A stretch of DNA of 64,000 nucleotides from Octopus vulgaris (Eukaryota). Of the stretch, positions 26,771-39,457 are shown piece after piece. The notes beneath the pieces were generated by a model. The model did no database searches and was not told the DNA's origin. It saw only the letters and a program-made list of their open reading frames with translations. The number at the start of each line of letters is the position of its first letter. Position 1 is the stretch's first letter. The stretch covers positions 88,970,001 to 89,034,000 of the forward strand of contig OX597820.1 in NCBI GenBank assembly GCA_951406725.2, given 5' to 3'. A program made the position numbers and the translations under genes.

Positions 26771-27699
26771 AGACAATGGCAGAGCAGTGGGCAAAATACT
26801 TTTTGGCATCTCTTTTATCTTTTACTTGTTTCAGTCACTAGACTATGCCCATGCTGGAGCACCATCTAGAAGAACATTTAGGTGAATGAATTGACCCCAG
26901 AATTTTCTTTTTTTTTTTGAGCCTGGTTCTTATTCTATCAGTCACTTTTTGCTGAACCACTTGGTTACGGCGATGTAAAAACACCAACACCTGTTGTCAA
27001 ATAGTAGTGGGGGTCAAACAGAGACACAAAGACACACACACATACAGGCTTCTTTCAGTTTCCATTCATGAAATCCATTCACAAGGCTTTGGTTGGCCCA
27101 AGGCTATAGTATTCAGTGCCATTGCAAGCCCAGGTGCCACACAATGACACTGAACCTTGAACCATATGGTTAAGAAGCAAAGCCACACCTGTGCCCATTA
27201 TGAATTCTTTAGATTCTTTTTATGTGCTAAGTCAAGAAGGAACAGGGCTCAGGACCTGTGGAGGCCTTCTGAGACCAAAGAGCTTGATGCCTTAAATTTT
27301 CTGTTTAAACCATTGCAGATGAACAACTGCAGAGAAGACAGCAGGGAGAATAATACAAAAGGCTAATGTTCTAGGAAAGGAAGACTGAGAATAGTGGTTA
27401 TTATGAAGCTGATGGAAGGCTTGAATGCAATAAGAGTAATGACAGTTGGGGAGACAAATGGACTGCAAATGTCCCAGTGGAGGTGTCAGGTTCTCAGGAG
27501 GTTCTGCCACTAAAAGACTTGTCAGAATACTGTAATTCCTTTTTTAACTAATCATCATCATTTAACGTCTGCTTTCCATGCTGACATGGGTTGGGTGGCT
27601 TGACATGAACAGTCAAGGCCGGGGCCACATGGTCTGTTTTGGTTTGGTTTCTATGGCTGGATGATCTTCTTAATGCCAACAACTTTACAGAGTATACTG

Positions 27700-28140
27700 A
27701 GTGCTTTTTATGTGGTACCAGCACCTGTGCTTTTTATGTGGCAACAAAGCTACCACCAGCACCTGTGCTTTTTATGTGGTACCAGCAACAATGCATTTTA
27801 CATGATACCAGCTCCTGTGCTTTTTATGTGGCACCAGTACCTGTGCTTTTTACATGGCACCAGTACTTGTGCTTTTTACATGGCACCAGTGCTTTTTACA
27901 TGGTACCAACAACAATGCTTTTTAAGTGGTACCAACAACAATGCTTTTTATGTGGTACCAACAACAATGCTTTTTAAGTGGTACCAACAACAATGCTTTT
28001 TATGTGGTACCAGCAACAATGCTTCTTATGTAGAACCAGTACCAGTGCTTTTTACATGGCACCAACAACAATATTTTTATGTGACACCAGCACCTCTGCA
28101 TTTTATGTGGCACCAGCACCAGTGCTTTTCTGTAGCACCT
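27700..28140. repeat. ~21-22-bp minisatellite inside a LINE 3' UTR
   Basis: About 20 degenerate units of tgctttttatgtggtaccagcacc / aacaacaa variants. Confidence 0.85.
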
Positions 28141-28220
28141 TGGTTTTAGGATCTCAATCCATAAAAATAATTTTTCCTCTGGTTAGGATACTTCTATATC
28201 ACAGGTGACACTACTAGATT

Positions 28221-28420
28221 TTAACCCTTTAGCATTCAAATTACTCTGTCGAATGTAGTTCTTATTTATTCATATTAATCAGGCATTATCTTGTCGATGT
28301 GAGGTTTTGATAGAATGACATTGTAGGAATAGATATGAGAAGCTAGATCTGGCCAGGTTGAACATTAAACAGGTAGAATATTTGAGCCTGGTAAGGCCAG
28401 CTTAAATGCTAAAGAGTTAA
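28221..28420. mobile_element. piggyBac-like MITE (TTAA target)
   Basis: ttaaccctttagcatt ... aatgctaaagagttaa. Related copies at about 3299-3523, 12435-12657 and 29620-29847. Confidence 0.75.
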
Positions 28421-29004
28421 GCCAGCTGACATCTAGGTGAACTGAAGTGAGTGTAAAGTAACATAAAATATTCTTCACAGAAACATCAAAATACTAAGTG
28501 GATTTGAACTCAAATCCATGAGCATGTGGTGTGAAATAGTTCAGAGAATAATGGATTTCTTCTTTTTACCTTTTTTTTTTATCAGTTAGAGCAATAACCC
28601 TTTGCATGGCACACAACACAAAAGTTAAAGTAGTCAGTCCATAAAAATACAACATATTTTCAGGACTTCTAATCTAATTAGAAATTCAGCAGTTAAGTCT
28701 ATAATTAACAGTTGATATGGATGTACATGAAGTGAGACGAATATTAACAACAACAACAACAACAACAACATCAACAACAAATGAAGGTGTCTAGCCTAAT
28801 TCAAAAGCACAAACAAAATAGAGCACAATACAACACAGCAAGTACATCAAAGAAAATCAGGCAAAAAAAAAAAAAATCAAATATTGCTGTCTGGTACAAT
28901 TCTGTAGCAAATGAACATGAATTTTTTAAAACACACTTTTCAGATGTTTAGGTAGGGCTTGAAAACAAAAATGAATATTCTAAATTCAAAAATAGAAAAC
29001 TGAC

Positions 29005-29036
<32 letters not shown>

Positions 29037-29355
29037 GGAAAATATATTAATGTATTTTTCAATTTAGTTTTTTTTTTTTTTAAATTGTTTTTTTCTTTAT
29101 GGCCAAAACAGTGGAGAAAAGACAGCACTTTAACATCACCACATGGTGGTGTTAGACTAAGCAATAGATTACACCTACTACTCAAAAACAGAAAGTTCCT
29201 TTAACAGGCTTCCACACAGCTTCAGTCTATCAAATTTCACTCATATGTTTAGTTTAATATGAGGTTATGGTTGAAGACATATGTCCATGATGTCATATAG
29301 TGAAAATGAACCTGAAACCAAACAGCTAGGCCTGCACCTAATTACTTCCTTCAGA

Positions 29356-30740
29356 TAAAAGCTGTACCAAAAAGTAATGCAAAAATGAGCATAAATATTT
29401 TATTAACCGCCACATGTTGTTCCAATTGCACATGTTGGTAGTGTAGCTCAAGAACTATAGTAACTCTTCTTATTTTACATTGAATAGTAGAAGCAAAACA
29501 TGTCATTGAGTTCTTGACAAAGGTAGGGTGCAAGCTGTCAAACAGCCACAGATGACTAAAGGTTGTTTATGGAGATAATGCTACTGACAAGAACAATGGG
29601 CATGAATGGATGAGGAAGTTTAATCCTTTAGCATTCAGATTTCTTTGTCAAATGCAATGCTTATTTATTTATGTTGCTTTGAATTGACCGTGCATTATTT
29701 TGTAGTGTTGAGATTTCAATTATGGAATTGTTTACTTTTAGAATAGCATTGTAATGTAGGCGTGAGAGACTGTATTTGGCCAGTTTGAACATAAAACAAA
29801 CAGAATATTTTGGCTGGATATGGCCGGTTTAAATGCTAAAGTGTCAAAGAAGGGAAAACTGGCATTGAAGAAAAACCACACAGTGGGAGAACTGCAACCA
29901 TTGATGCAAATCACCAGTGAGTAGACAAAATGATTTCTGCAGACACAAATGTCACAAAATGAAGCTTGCTGCACAATCAAAATGCATTATAAAAGATGGT
30001 GCAAAATTCTGGGTGATGAAGAGTTCGTGCAAATTTAGTAGTTGATACCTTGGCACTTGATATTCAGTTTAAAGGAGAGAAAAGTGGATGTCTGCTTTGA
30101 TTTGCTGGGAGCATTTGAAGTTAATAAAGACAGGTGTTTTTTTTTCCTGATATAGTAATGGGGGATGAAATGTGATTGTATCTTTATGAGCTGGAAATGA
30201 AGGCTCAATCCTTGGAATGGCACTGCACCCCTTACCTAGGTATAAGACACCAGCGGTTAGCACAGCAAGTCATGGTGAGGACAACATTCTCCTTGATTTT
30301 TCTGGAACATGATGGACTTCAGTGTGTGATATGTGGAGGTACTCAAAAAAATTTGAGAAGTCATAAAGAGGAATAAACTAATCTGAAAATGATCCATATC
30401 TTTGGCAACAAATCAGGAAATTGGTAGATGGGGCTGGCTGATTGTCATTTAACTATTATGGGGCTCAGATCAGGTGCTCTCTGATTTGGTCCAATGACAT
30501 AGTATTAAGGGACAACAATTTGATGATGCAGATGGAATTGAAGTGGCTGTGAAGAAGTAGGCACAACAGTGCACACCTGAGCTTTTTCAAAGAAGATTCA
30601 ATGAAGATGCAATGATAAAGGTGTCAAGTAGCACCTTCATCCAAAGTTAGAGATACTCTACAAACATGTGCAATTTGAATGACCCAAGTTAATCAAAAAG
30701 TTATGTCCACTTTTGTATTAGTTTTAGTAGAAGTCTCGTA
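29356..30740 (+). mobile_element. Decayed mariner transposon (same family as 17876-19845)
   Basis: Shares terminal sequence (caaacatgtgcaatttgaatgacc..aaaaagttatgtccacttt). N-terminal KHVIEFLTKVGCK...LKVVYGDNA...EWMRKF. Interrupted by a TTAA MITE at 29620. Confidence 0.7.
29620..29847. mobile_element. piggyBac-like MITE nested in a mariner
   Basis: ttaatcctttagcatt ... aatgctaaagtgtcaa; same family as 28221-28420. Confidence 0.7.
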
Positions 30741-33214
30741 ATTCACAGAAAAAAATAATTTACTGAAATTAGATACAAGAATATATAACTATCTTCATCA
30801 ATATTTTACATTCACATTTCCATGTTGGCATAGGCTGGATGTATCGTCATAGACTGAGTTAGTTCCTATTTAGAACAACTGACCTCTTACATGGATCAAA
30901 AGACCACACATCCATACATTACATTTCTGGCATGCTTTCTACAGCTGGATGCCCTATCACCACTTTACTTAGTGTACTAAGCACTTAAGAGGTTGTTGTA
31001 TCCTCAAATAAGTCTAAAGAATTCTTTCTACCCTACATTATCTCTGATCAATTGTTCACCAGCATCATAAGGGTTGTCTTGTCCACTGCAGATAGAATAC
31101 TGATGAAAGGGAACCAGTGTGAGGGACTGATAAAAGAGAGGGAGTAATGAAAGAGAACAAGTCTGACCACACTTTACAAGAAGTACTTCAAATAGAATTC
31201 CTACCTTTATATGTATATTTTTATCTTTCAAGTTGAAAATGTCAAGCGAGAGGTTAATACAGAAAAGAATAAAGGAAGAGAGTGACAGGCAGCTACACAA
31301 TAATTATTGGTAAGAAGGTTGGATAATAGCTATATGAGTGACATAATGTGGAGAGAGTGATAGGAATGAGACAAGGTGATAAAAGAGTTCTGGAAGTGAA
31401 AGTGTGGTGGGAGAATACGAGGGAGCAATGAATGTCAACAATGAGAGAGAGAGAGAGAGAACGAATGAAAGATCTACAGCTAACAAAAAGAAGACTGAAT
31501 ACAGCTAGAGTCGATACAATATTAAACCTTGTTACAGTGGTGGTGTAATGTGGGAGAGATAGTGTGATAGAGGGAGGACATTAATAAGAGAAGAGAGTAC
31601 CAAAGAGTAGGAGAGCAGTATATAAAGACTTTAATATCAATATAAGGACCAGGAGAGACCTAAATGTAGACATCATTCCCAATCTCCATTAAAAGACCAT
31701 TATCTTTATCTGTTTTCTAATACTTGCACAAGTTGAGCAAGTTCTCTCCAACAGAGTGTTTGAACACAAGTTGCAATCAATTGTTAACTCCATTTGTGAT
31801 GTTCAAACTTTCAAGAGTGGTTTTAAGCATTTGGCCTTTGTTTTCCCTATCCTCCCTCCTTCCCTCACTGGTTCCATCCACTTTGGTTATGACGCACATT
31901 TTTACACAACTGACATCTTCCATATGCATCACATGTCTTCTCACTTGTCCTTTAAATCCAATTTCTTTTAAACTCTTCCCTCAACTCATTTCTGTTTTGT
32001 CAATCAAGCAGACAAATATTATACATCCAGCAGAGCATGTTCATCTAATTTCTTTCAGACCAGCATAAATCCTACACAACAAAGGCCCATATCACTCAAC
32101 CATTTAGTATCACATTTGTACACAAGCTTTTCTCCTCCCCATTCTGGCAACTATGTTTTCAGAATGCCCAATTCAACTACTAATTAGGTTACCTGGGTAA
32201 CATAAAGCATTATCAATTACTTCATAGAAGTGCAAAGGAGGAGCTTCTGTGTAGTCGAAGTAATTTCTCTCACATGTTTTCTTATTGATAATTATTCCTG
32301 TACATTTGTCACATACAAAGTCTACTTAGCATGACAACCTGCTTGTCATCCTACTACACCTCCTGTACATACACAGCTTATGGTAGGTACACCATATGGA
32401 ATCCCTACCTATATATATATGTTGGTAGGGGTTGGATGGCTTGACAGGGCCTGACATGCCAGAGGACAGTGCCAAGCTCTACACACACATGTATATATTA
32501 TGTGCATAAGTGCTCTCTCTTCTTATCGGTGGCATGTAAAAAGCACCATCCGAACGTGGCTGATGCCAGCGTCACCTTGACTGGCTTCCGTGCCAGTGGC
32601 ACGTAAAAAGCACCAATCCGATTGTGGCCGTTGCCAGCTTCGCCTGGCACCTGTGCCGGTGGCACGTAAAAAGCACCCACTACACTCTCGGAGTGGTTGG
32701 CTTTAGGAAGGGCATTCAGCTGTAGAAACACTGCCAGATCAGACTGGAGCCTGGTGCAGCCTTCTGGCTTCCCAGATCCCCGGTCGAACCGTCCAACCCA
32801 TGCTAGCATGGAGAACGGACGTTAAATGATGATGATGATATATATATATATAGGTTTGGTGATGTAAACAGGAAAAATAGAATGCAAAATACATGTATAT
32901 GTATTTTTATATTAATATTTAGCAGAAGTAACAGAGTGACACAAGGGCCGTGAGTTTCTTGTGTTGGCACTTAACAAACTCGATAAATTTGTGCCAATGT
33001 ATGAAACTCTTGGCCCTTGAATTACTATGTAGCTTTTGTTTTGTTACACACACACAAACATTTTTTTCTTTTTTTGTAAATTCAAACACAAATCTACTTA
33101 TATACATACCACAATCATCATTATTTTTATTTCTGCATTCAATGATTAGTGGCTGTCAACAGGCATGTTTTCTACTGAGTACTGTCTTCTCAAGTACAGC
33201 AAACCACCAAAAGT

Positions 33215-34010
33215 CTCAGCCCCTTGTCATCTCTTCTGTGACCCAGAAAAACGTAGGATGTCTTGTGATCTAAAAGTGCTGATCAGAATTTGAGATTGGC
33301 ACTTCTTAATGCAGCTTTCCTCATCCATACGCATCACATAACCACACCAGTGCAGTCTTCTCTCTTGCACGCAACATCTGATATCTTATATACCCAATTT
33401 TTCCCCTCAAACTATTTACACTTTACTGTACATGCACACTGACATTACCCATCTGGTGGAGCATGTTAGCATTATTTTCTTTCAAGCTTTCTCATGTCCT
33501 CAGCAGTCAAAGCCCATATCCCACTGCCATGTAGCACAGCTGTTCACACACATGTATCATATAATCAGCCTTTCACTCTAAGATAGTTTGTTACCAACAC
33601 AGATAGTAGCCCTCTGAACTTTGCTCAGCCCATTCTTACTCTAGCAGTTATACTTTCAGAACTACTTCCTCCACTGTTAACTTGATCACCTCAGTAACGG
33701 AAACTGTCAACTTACTCTAAGGATCCCCCTAGACATTTGAGGTAGTTTATTTTCTGTACATTCCTGATGTGTAAAGTACTAGTACATCTGCCACATGTAA
33801 AGACAACTTTCTCTGTTAATATCCTTATGATACCGCTGCACATCTTACATGTCTATAGTTTGCACTGGGTACACCATAAGGAGTTTCTATCAAAATCTTT
33901 TCTACATATCAAGCAAGGCCATCTCCCTTAAAGGGATAAGAAGTTTGTTTTCCTACTTAGAACTTTGCTCTTTGCTAAATTAACTCTAAGGCCCTTTGAC
34001 TCCTGACCAT
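33215..34010 (-). mobile_element. RTE-type LINE 3' fragment
   Basis: Reverse complement aligns by eye with 61010-61860 (aagggccttagagttaatttagcaaag; gttgacagtttccgttactgaggtgatcaagtt; gagaagac). Confidence 0.75.
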
Positions 34011-34419
34011 ACAGTGTGTGTGTGTGTGTAGGGGTGCAGGCTTGGCTGCATGCTTAAAACATTCACTTCACAACTAAATGCTTTCCACTTCAGTTCCACA
34101 TTGTAGCATCTTGGTGGGTATTTTCACTATGGCTGACCAAAGCTTTGTGAGTGGATATGGTAGAAGGCAAGAGAGAAGTCCATCACATGTGTGCATGTGT
34201 ATCCTTGCCTTAACATTGTGCACTAATTGTAAGCAAATCTGACCATTGTGTTATTCATGTTTGAAGGACTAGGGGAAACATCACCTTCCTAGGAAACAGG
34301 TGAAGGTCAGAGTCGTAAAATCTACCTCAAGGATTTTTATCTGACCCATGCAAGCATAAAAAAAATGGATGTTAAAACAATGATGACAATCTATGTACAT
34401 GTAAATAAAAGTTACCAAC

Positions 34420-34467
34420 CATGGCCTATGCTTCCTTCCATATCTTGATTGTAGTACCAACTGTCAT
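34420..34467 (-). CDS. Exon 4 (48 nt)
   Basis: Acceptor ttgtgtctttcag; reads (D)DSWYYNQDMEGSIGH. Donor CATG|gttggt gives phase 1 to 1, in frame with exon 5. A second donor (gtaact) lies 4 nt downstream. Confidence 0.75.
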
Positions 34468-34853
34468 CTGAAAGACACAAAAATTAACCCTCAACAGAAT
34501 CATGATGACCAATTGAATTATTTCAAACTGAGATGATGACTAAATATCAAACATACAAAGGAAACATTTCTAACATTAAATATCACCAGAACAATCAACT
34601 TTAGCCCAGGGCTGACCAGCGCAAAACAACAAGAACAGTAGCAAGTGTGTCAATATTGTTGAACAAGCATGTTTCTACAATAATCATCTCTTTGGAAACT
34701 CAAAAGAAATGCTGTTTGTTTTGCTACTTTGCTATATACATACTCAAACATATGCTGCATGTGCTCAGGCCAGGACTTCTAACCAATAAGTCTAAGTAAA
34801 ACTCCAATAACAAAGAAATTCAAAAGAAATGTTTCATCTATCAGTATATAAGT

Positions 34854-35231
34854 GGAAGCACTCCGTCGGTTACGACGACGAGGGTTCCGGTTGATCCGAT
34901 CAGCGGAACAGCCTGCTCGTGAAATTAACATGTAAGTGGCTGAGCACTCCACAAACACGTGTACACTTAACGTAGTTCTCAGGGATATTCAGCGTGACAG
35001 AGAGTGACAAGGCCGGCCCTTTGAAATACAGGTACAACAGAAACAGGAAGTAAGAGTGAGAGAAAGTTGTGGTGAAAGAGTACAGCAGGGATCACCATCA
35101 TCCCCTGCTGGAGCCTCGTGGAGCTTTAGGTGTTTACGCTCAATAAACACTCACAACGTTTCTGGGAATCGAAACCGCGATCCTATGACCGCGAGTCCGC
35201 TGCCCTAACCACTGGGCCATTGCGCCTCCAC
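34854..35231 (-). mobile_element. tRNA-derived SINE family C with target-site duplication
   Basis: Minus-strand head ggaggcgcaatggcccagtggttagggcagcggactcgcggtc...ggtttcgattccc. 12-bp TSD cagtatataagt (34842-34853) / cagtatttaagt (35232-35243). Confidence 0.85.
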
Positions 35232-35538
35232 CAGTATTTAAGTAATCTTGAATAAATAATAATTCGACTTTGTACTGCTTGTTAATGATTTCAAAAGGCA
35301 TCAAACTCTGATGCAACATAAGTGGGACGTGTGTTAAACATTTAACTTAGCATGACTCCTTTCGTAAAGGACTGCAGTTGGCTGAAAGAAGGCTACGAAA
35401 ATCAAACCAGACACTTCATGAAAACAACACACAATATTGTTGCTGTAATAAAACTTTTATAAACTTTTGAGAAAACGTGAATTATTTTTTGGAATAGTAT
35501 ATCTCGAAGAACACACATAAAGCTATAAACAACAGCAT

Positions 35539-35926
35539 ACTCTTTTACTTGTTTCAGTCATTTGACTGCGGCCATGCTGGAGCACCGCCTTTAATCGAGC
35601 AAATCGACCCCGGGACTTATTCTTTTGTAAGCCCAGTACTTATTCTATCGGTCTCTTTTGCCAAACCGCTAAGTGACGGGGACGTAAACACACCAGCATT
35701 GGTTGTCAAACAATGCTAGGGGGACAGACACACAAACATACACGCACACACACATATATATATATACATATATACGACGGGCTTCTTTCAGTTTCCGTCT
35801 ACCAAATCCACTCACAAGGCATTGGTCGGCCCGGGGCTATAGCAGAAGACACCTGCCCAAGGTGCCACGCAGTGGGACTGAACCCGGAACCATGTGGTTG
35901 GTTAGCAAGCTACTTACCACACAGCC
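35539..35926 (-). mobile_element. SINE family A copy
   Basis: Near-identical reverse complement of 40935-41333. Confidence 0.9.
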
Positions 35927-36092
35927 TGTGTTAAAAACTCTTTTGGATAGAAAAAGTCACAGGGGCTCTATGTGTGTGATTTAAGATATACTACTCTAAA
36001 AAAAGAATTATAACACACATTATATTAGACTAAAATTTTAGCATAAAACATGAAAGCAATAAAGAATATCAAGAAAGAAAAATTGTGTTTAC

Positions 36093-37257
36093 CTGCTTTT
36101 TTATGGTCAGAAAATTCTTGTGAGTTTTGTGGATAATGTTCTAAACGTGAAATAGGTCGAGTAAAAAGGTAAGATTTAGAGAGGATCTTTGAAACAGAAA
36201 CCAGTCTGATACTGTCAGAACCAACTTGGGATGGAACATTCTGACCAATGTTGTTTTCTTTCAAGATAGAATTCCCTGCTTCAGGAAACTGCTGAGCTTC
36301 AGCAAGATTATCATGTGCCAGTTTTTCTAATTTGTTTTGTTTTGAATTCTCAATCAATAAGCTATCACGAAGAAGGGAACCAGACGGTGATTGCTCAGCA
36401 ACATCTTTCCCGTTATTGACCTTTGCTTCTTTGTTTCCTTCAGCTAAAATATGTGGAAAACTGACATTCAACTGGTTAGATGAATTAGGAGCAATGTTAT
36501 TGATTGATGCAATGTTTTGGTTTAGTGGAGCCTTTTGGTCAATCATAGCTTCTACAGGAATTTTAACAACATTATCACCATTATTGACTGCATTCTTCTC
36601 TGGTGGACTAACAGTTACAGTATCCATATTCATTGCTTTTTGTTGAATAACAGAATTTCCTGGCTGCTGGACAACAGGAACATTTTTCTGGAGGAAATTT
36701 TTTGGATTAAGAATATTTTCTTCATTTTGTTGGGGAGCAGTAACTTCATTGTCCTGAAGAGGAACTCCTTGTTGAGGAACTGGTTCCAGCTTATTCTGCT
36801 TCAGTTGTCTTATGTTCTTCTGGTCTAATACTTCATTCTGAGCGCCAGGCTGAAAACCATTCTGCACTTGTACATTCTGTTGAACAATTTGATTACCAGA
36901 TGCTTTATGCTGAGAAGCAACACCTTCAGAGTTCTGCGGAAGAAGCTTTTGTTGCAAATTAACATCCAGACCGTTCTGGCTTGGTACTTGTTGAAAGACT
37001 AAATTTTGCTGGTCTCTTAATTGCTGCTGTTGAAGATCAGCCAATTTGTTTTGGTCGGGTAATTTTTTAAAGTTGTTATAAACATTCTGATCTTTTTCCT
37101 CAGAAACATACTGATGAGTCTTTACAGGAGTTTCTAGATTCTGTTGAACACTGTCTTTTAAGTAAATAGTTGAAAGAGGATCAACTTTTTCAGCTGGAGC
37201 TGTACCTTTAACTTCACCCACAGACAAAGCATTGTTCTCCACAACATCAATCTGGCC
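36093..37257 (-). CDS. Exon 3, large Q/N/V-rich low-complexity ectodomain
   Basis: Core of the 414-aa ORF 36025..37269. Acceptor ttgtttttgcag|GGC, donor GCAG|gtaaac. 1165 nt, phase 0 to 1. Confidence 0.92.
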
Positions 37258-38391
37258 CTGCAAAAACAAACAGAAGTTTAAGATTAATTAGTAATGTTTG
37301 TTATTACTCTTTTCCCTGTCTCCTCTATTCTTCTCTCTCACTGCCAGTATCTCAACTGATAGTCTCTCCACTACCATCCACTCACAACGATAAATCTATT
37401 CTACCAATTGTATTTTAACTTCTCTCAGCATCTCACTTAATGTCACCACTCTCTCCTGTTCTTTTTCAGTTGTGGGGGGCCTTTTAGTCTCGCAAGCTAC
37501 AAGGTAACCTCATTAGTGCTGGTACCGCACAAAAATGCAACTCTGTAAGGTGGTTGGCAAATTGAACAGAATCAATGTAGGACTGAGGCCTCTTTATTCT
37601 TGCCAAGGGCAGAACAAGCTCTGTAATGCTGTTGCCATTAAAAATAGTGTAAATGGGTTGGTGTTAGAAAGCAGGACACGTAACCAAAGAAACTATGTTC
37701 AAAATGACATAGTGGAGCAGATTTGTGGTAACCCAAGCCAAAGGATCCTATCAAACCATTGTATGGATACCAGCATGGAAAAAGAATACGAAAATGGTGA
37801 GGATAATGATTTGTTAGTACAGAATGAATAAAGAATATTAAATATTCTTTTATCTTTTATTTAATTCAGTCACTTTACTGAGGCCATGCTAAGGTACTGC
37901 CTTGAAGGGTTTTAGTCAAACAGATCGAACCCAGGACCTCCTTATGCCAAAATTAGAAATCATTAATATTATTATAAATATTATTCTTTTAAGCAGTTTT
38001 ATTATGACTACTACTACTGAGTGACAGAGCAGTGCATACTATCAAAATGACACTGGGATACAAATATACGGAGCCCAATATATCCATCATGACAAACCCA
38101 TCTGATAAGGTTACACCAAGCACATGCATCACAATCATGTGCACACAACATGGTATTCTCATATCAAGACAAACAACACATAACCTTGCAGGTGGGGGTC
38201 CAGTTAGAATTTTCTACTCAAAAGTTCCCTGAATAAGGGTTGTTTAAAGATGATGAACGAAACACCCATATTTCCAGAGGTGAATTATTAAAACCCCAAA
38301 GAATCCCTCTCAACACATGGCTATGATTCTCTTCCACTAATCCTTTTTGTGATTAGAGATGCACATATCGTCAGCCACTCTCTCTCTCTCT

Positions 38392-38431
<40 letters not shown>

Positions 38432-39242
38432 CTAGCATGGAAAACAGACGCTAAATGATGATGATATATATATATATATATGTTATTCTGCTACTTGTTT
38501 CAGTTATTTGACTGCAGCCATGCTGGAGTACCACTTTGAAGGATTTTAGTTGGAGAAATCAATCTCTGGACTTAATTTTTAAGCCTATTGCTTATTCTCT
38601 CAGTCTCTTTTGCCAAACCGCTAAGTTATGGGGATGTAAACAGACCAACATCAGTTGTCAAGCAGTGATGGGGGAACAAAAACAGACACAAGAACACACA
38701 CGACAGGCTTCTTTCAGTTAACATCTACTAAATTCACTCACAAGGCTTTGGTTGGCCTAAGGCTATAGTAGAAGACACTTGCATATGGTGCCATGCAGTG
38801 GGACTGAACCTGTGTGGCAAGCTTCTTGCCACACAGTCATATATATAATATACATGATACCCTTCCACACAGTTCCCATCTACCAAATTCACTCATAAGA
38901 TATTGGTCAGCCTGAAGATATAGTAGAAAACAATTGTCCAAGGTGCTGCACAATGAGGCTGAACACAAAACCATGAGGCTGCAAAGTGAGCTTCTTAACC
39001 ACACAGCCATGGAATGGTAACTGCATTGAAGTTGAGTATATGTGCATGCATTGGCATCCCTTTAATGTCAAGGTAGACCTATCTCACAAACTAATAAATT
39101 TAGTAGCAGATACAGTATGAAGGGAATTTAATCCTTGATGCAGCATTCCAGCATGGCCAAAAAAGATACAGGGATACTCTCGTCAATAAAAGAATAAAAT
39201 ATTAAAAGAAAAAAAAAAGAGCAAAAAATAAAACCAACTTAC

Positions 39243-39457
39243 CGATAAGTCAGAATTTGATGGAAGTTTAGGTTTAATATCTTCTAAAACTAGAGTATTT
39301 TTTGAGGTAGTTATGTCCTGTTGGATTGGTCGTGAATCACTGGAAGCCCTACGATGACGACTGTTGACAAGAGATACCAGATTGTGGCGCACATTTATAT
39401 CTTGGCTGTCTTCTTCAGGAAATACATCAAATTGATTTAGTTCCTTAAATAGGTTTT
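39243..39457 (-). CDS. Exon 2 (contains RHRR furin-type site)
   Basis: Acceptor tatttttgtacag, donor TCG|gtaagt. 215 nt, phase 1 to 0, inside ORF 39183..39473: (E)NLFKELNQFDVFPEED...SRHRRASS...PSNSDLS. Confidence 0.88.

Noticed and set aside
35160-35231. tRNA gene on the minus strand
   Set aside because: The 3' acceptor strand is replaced by SINE body and a TSD flanks the whole 378-bp unit.
35290-35405. Hammerhead-like words (ctgatgc, ctgaaaga...cgaaa)
   Set aside because: Core nucleotides are wrong and no consistent stems I-III can be drawn.
36025-37269. Stand-alone single-exon 414-aa gene with a hydrophobic C-terminus
   Set aside because: The ORF starts at a non-ATG codon in a polypyrimidine tract and is bounded by phase-compatible splice sites; the hydrophobic end is read-through into a T-rich intron. 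An intron-retained isoform cannot be excluded.
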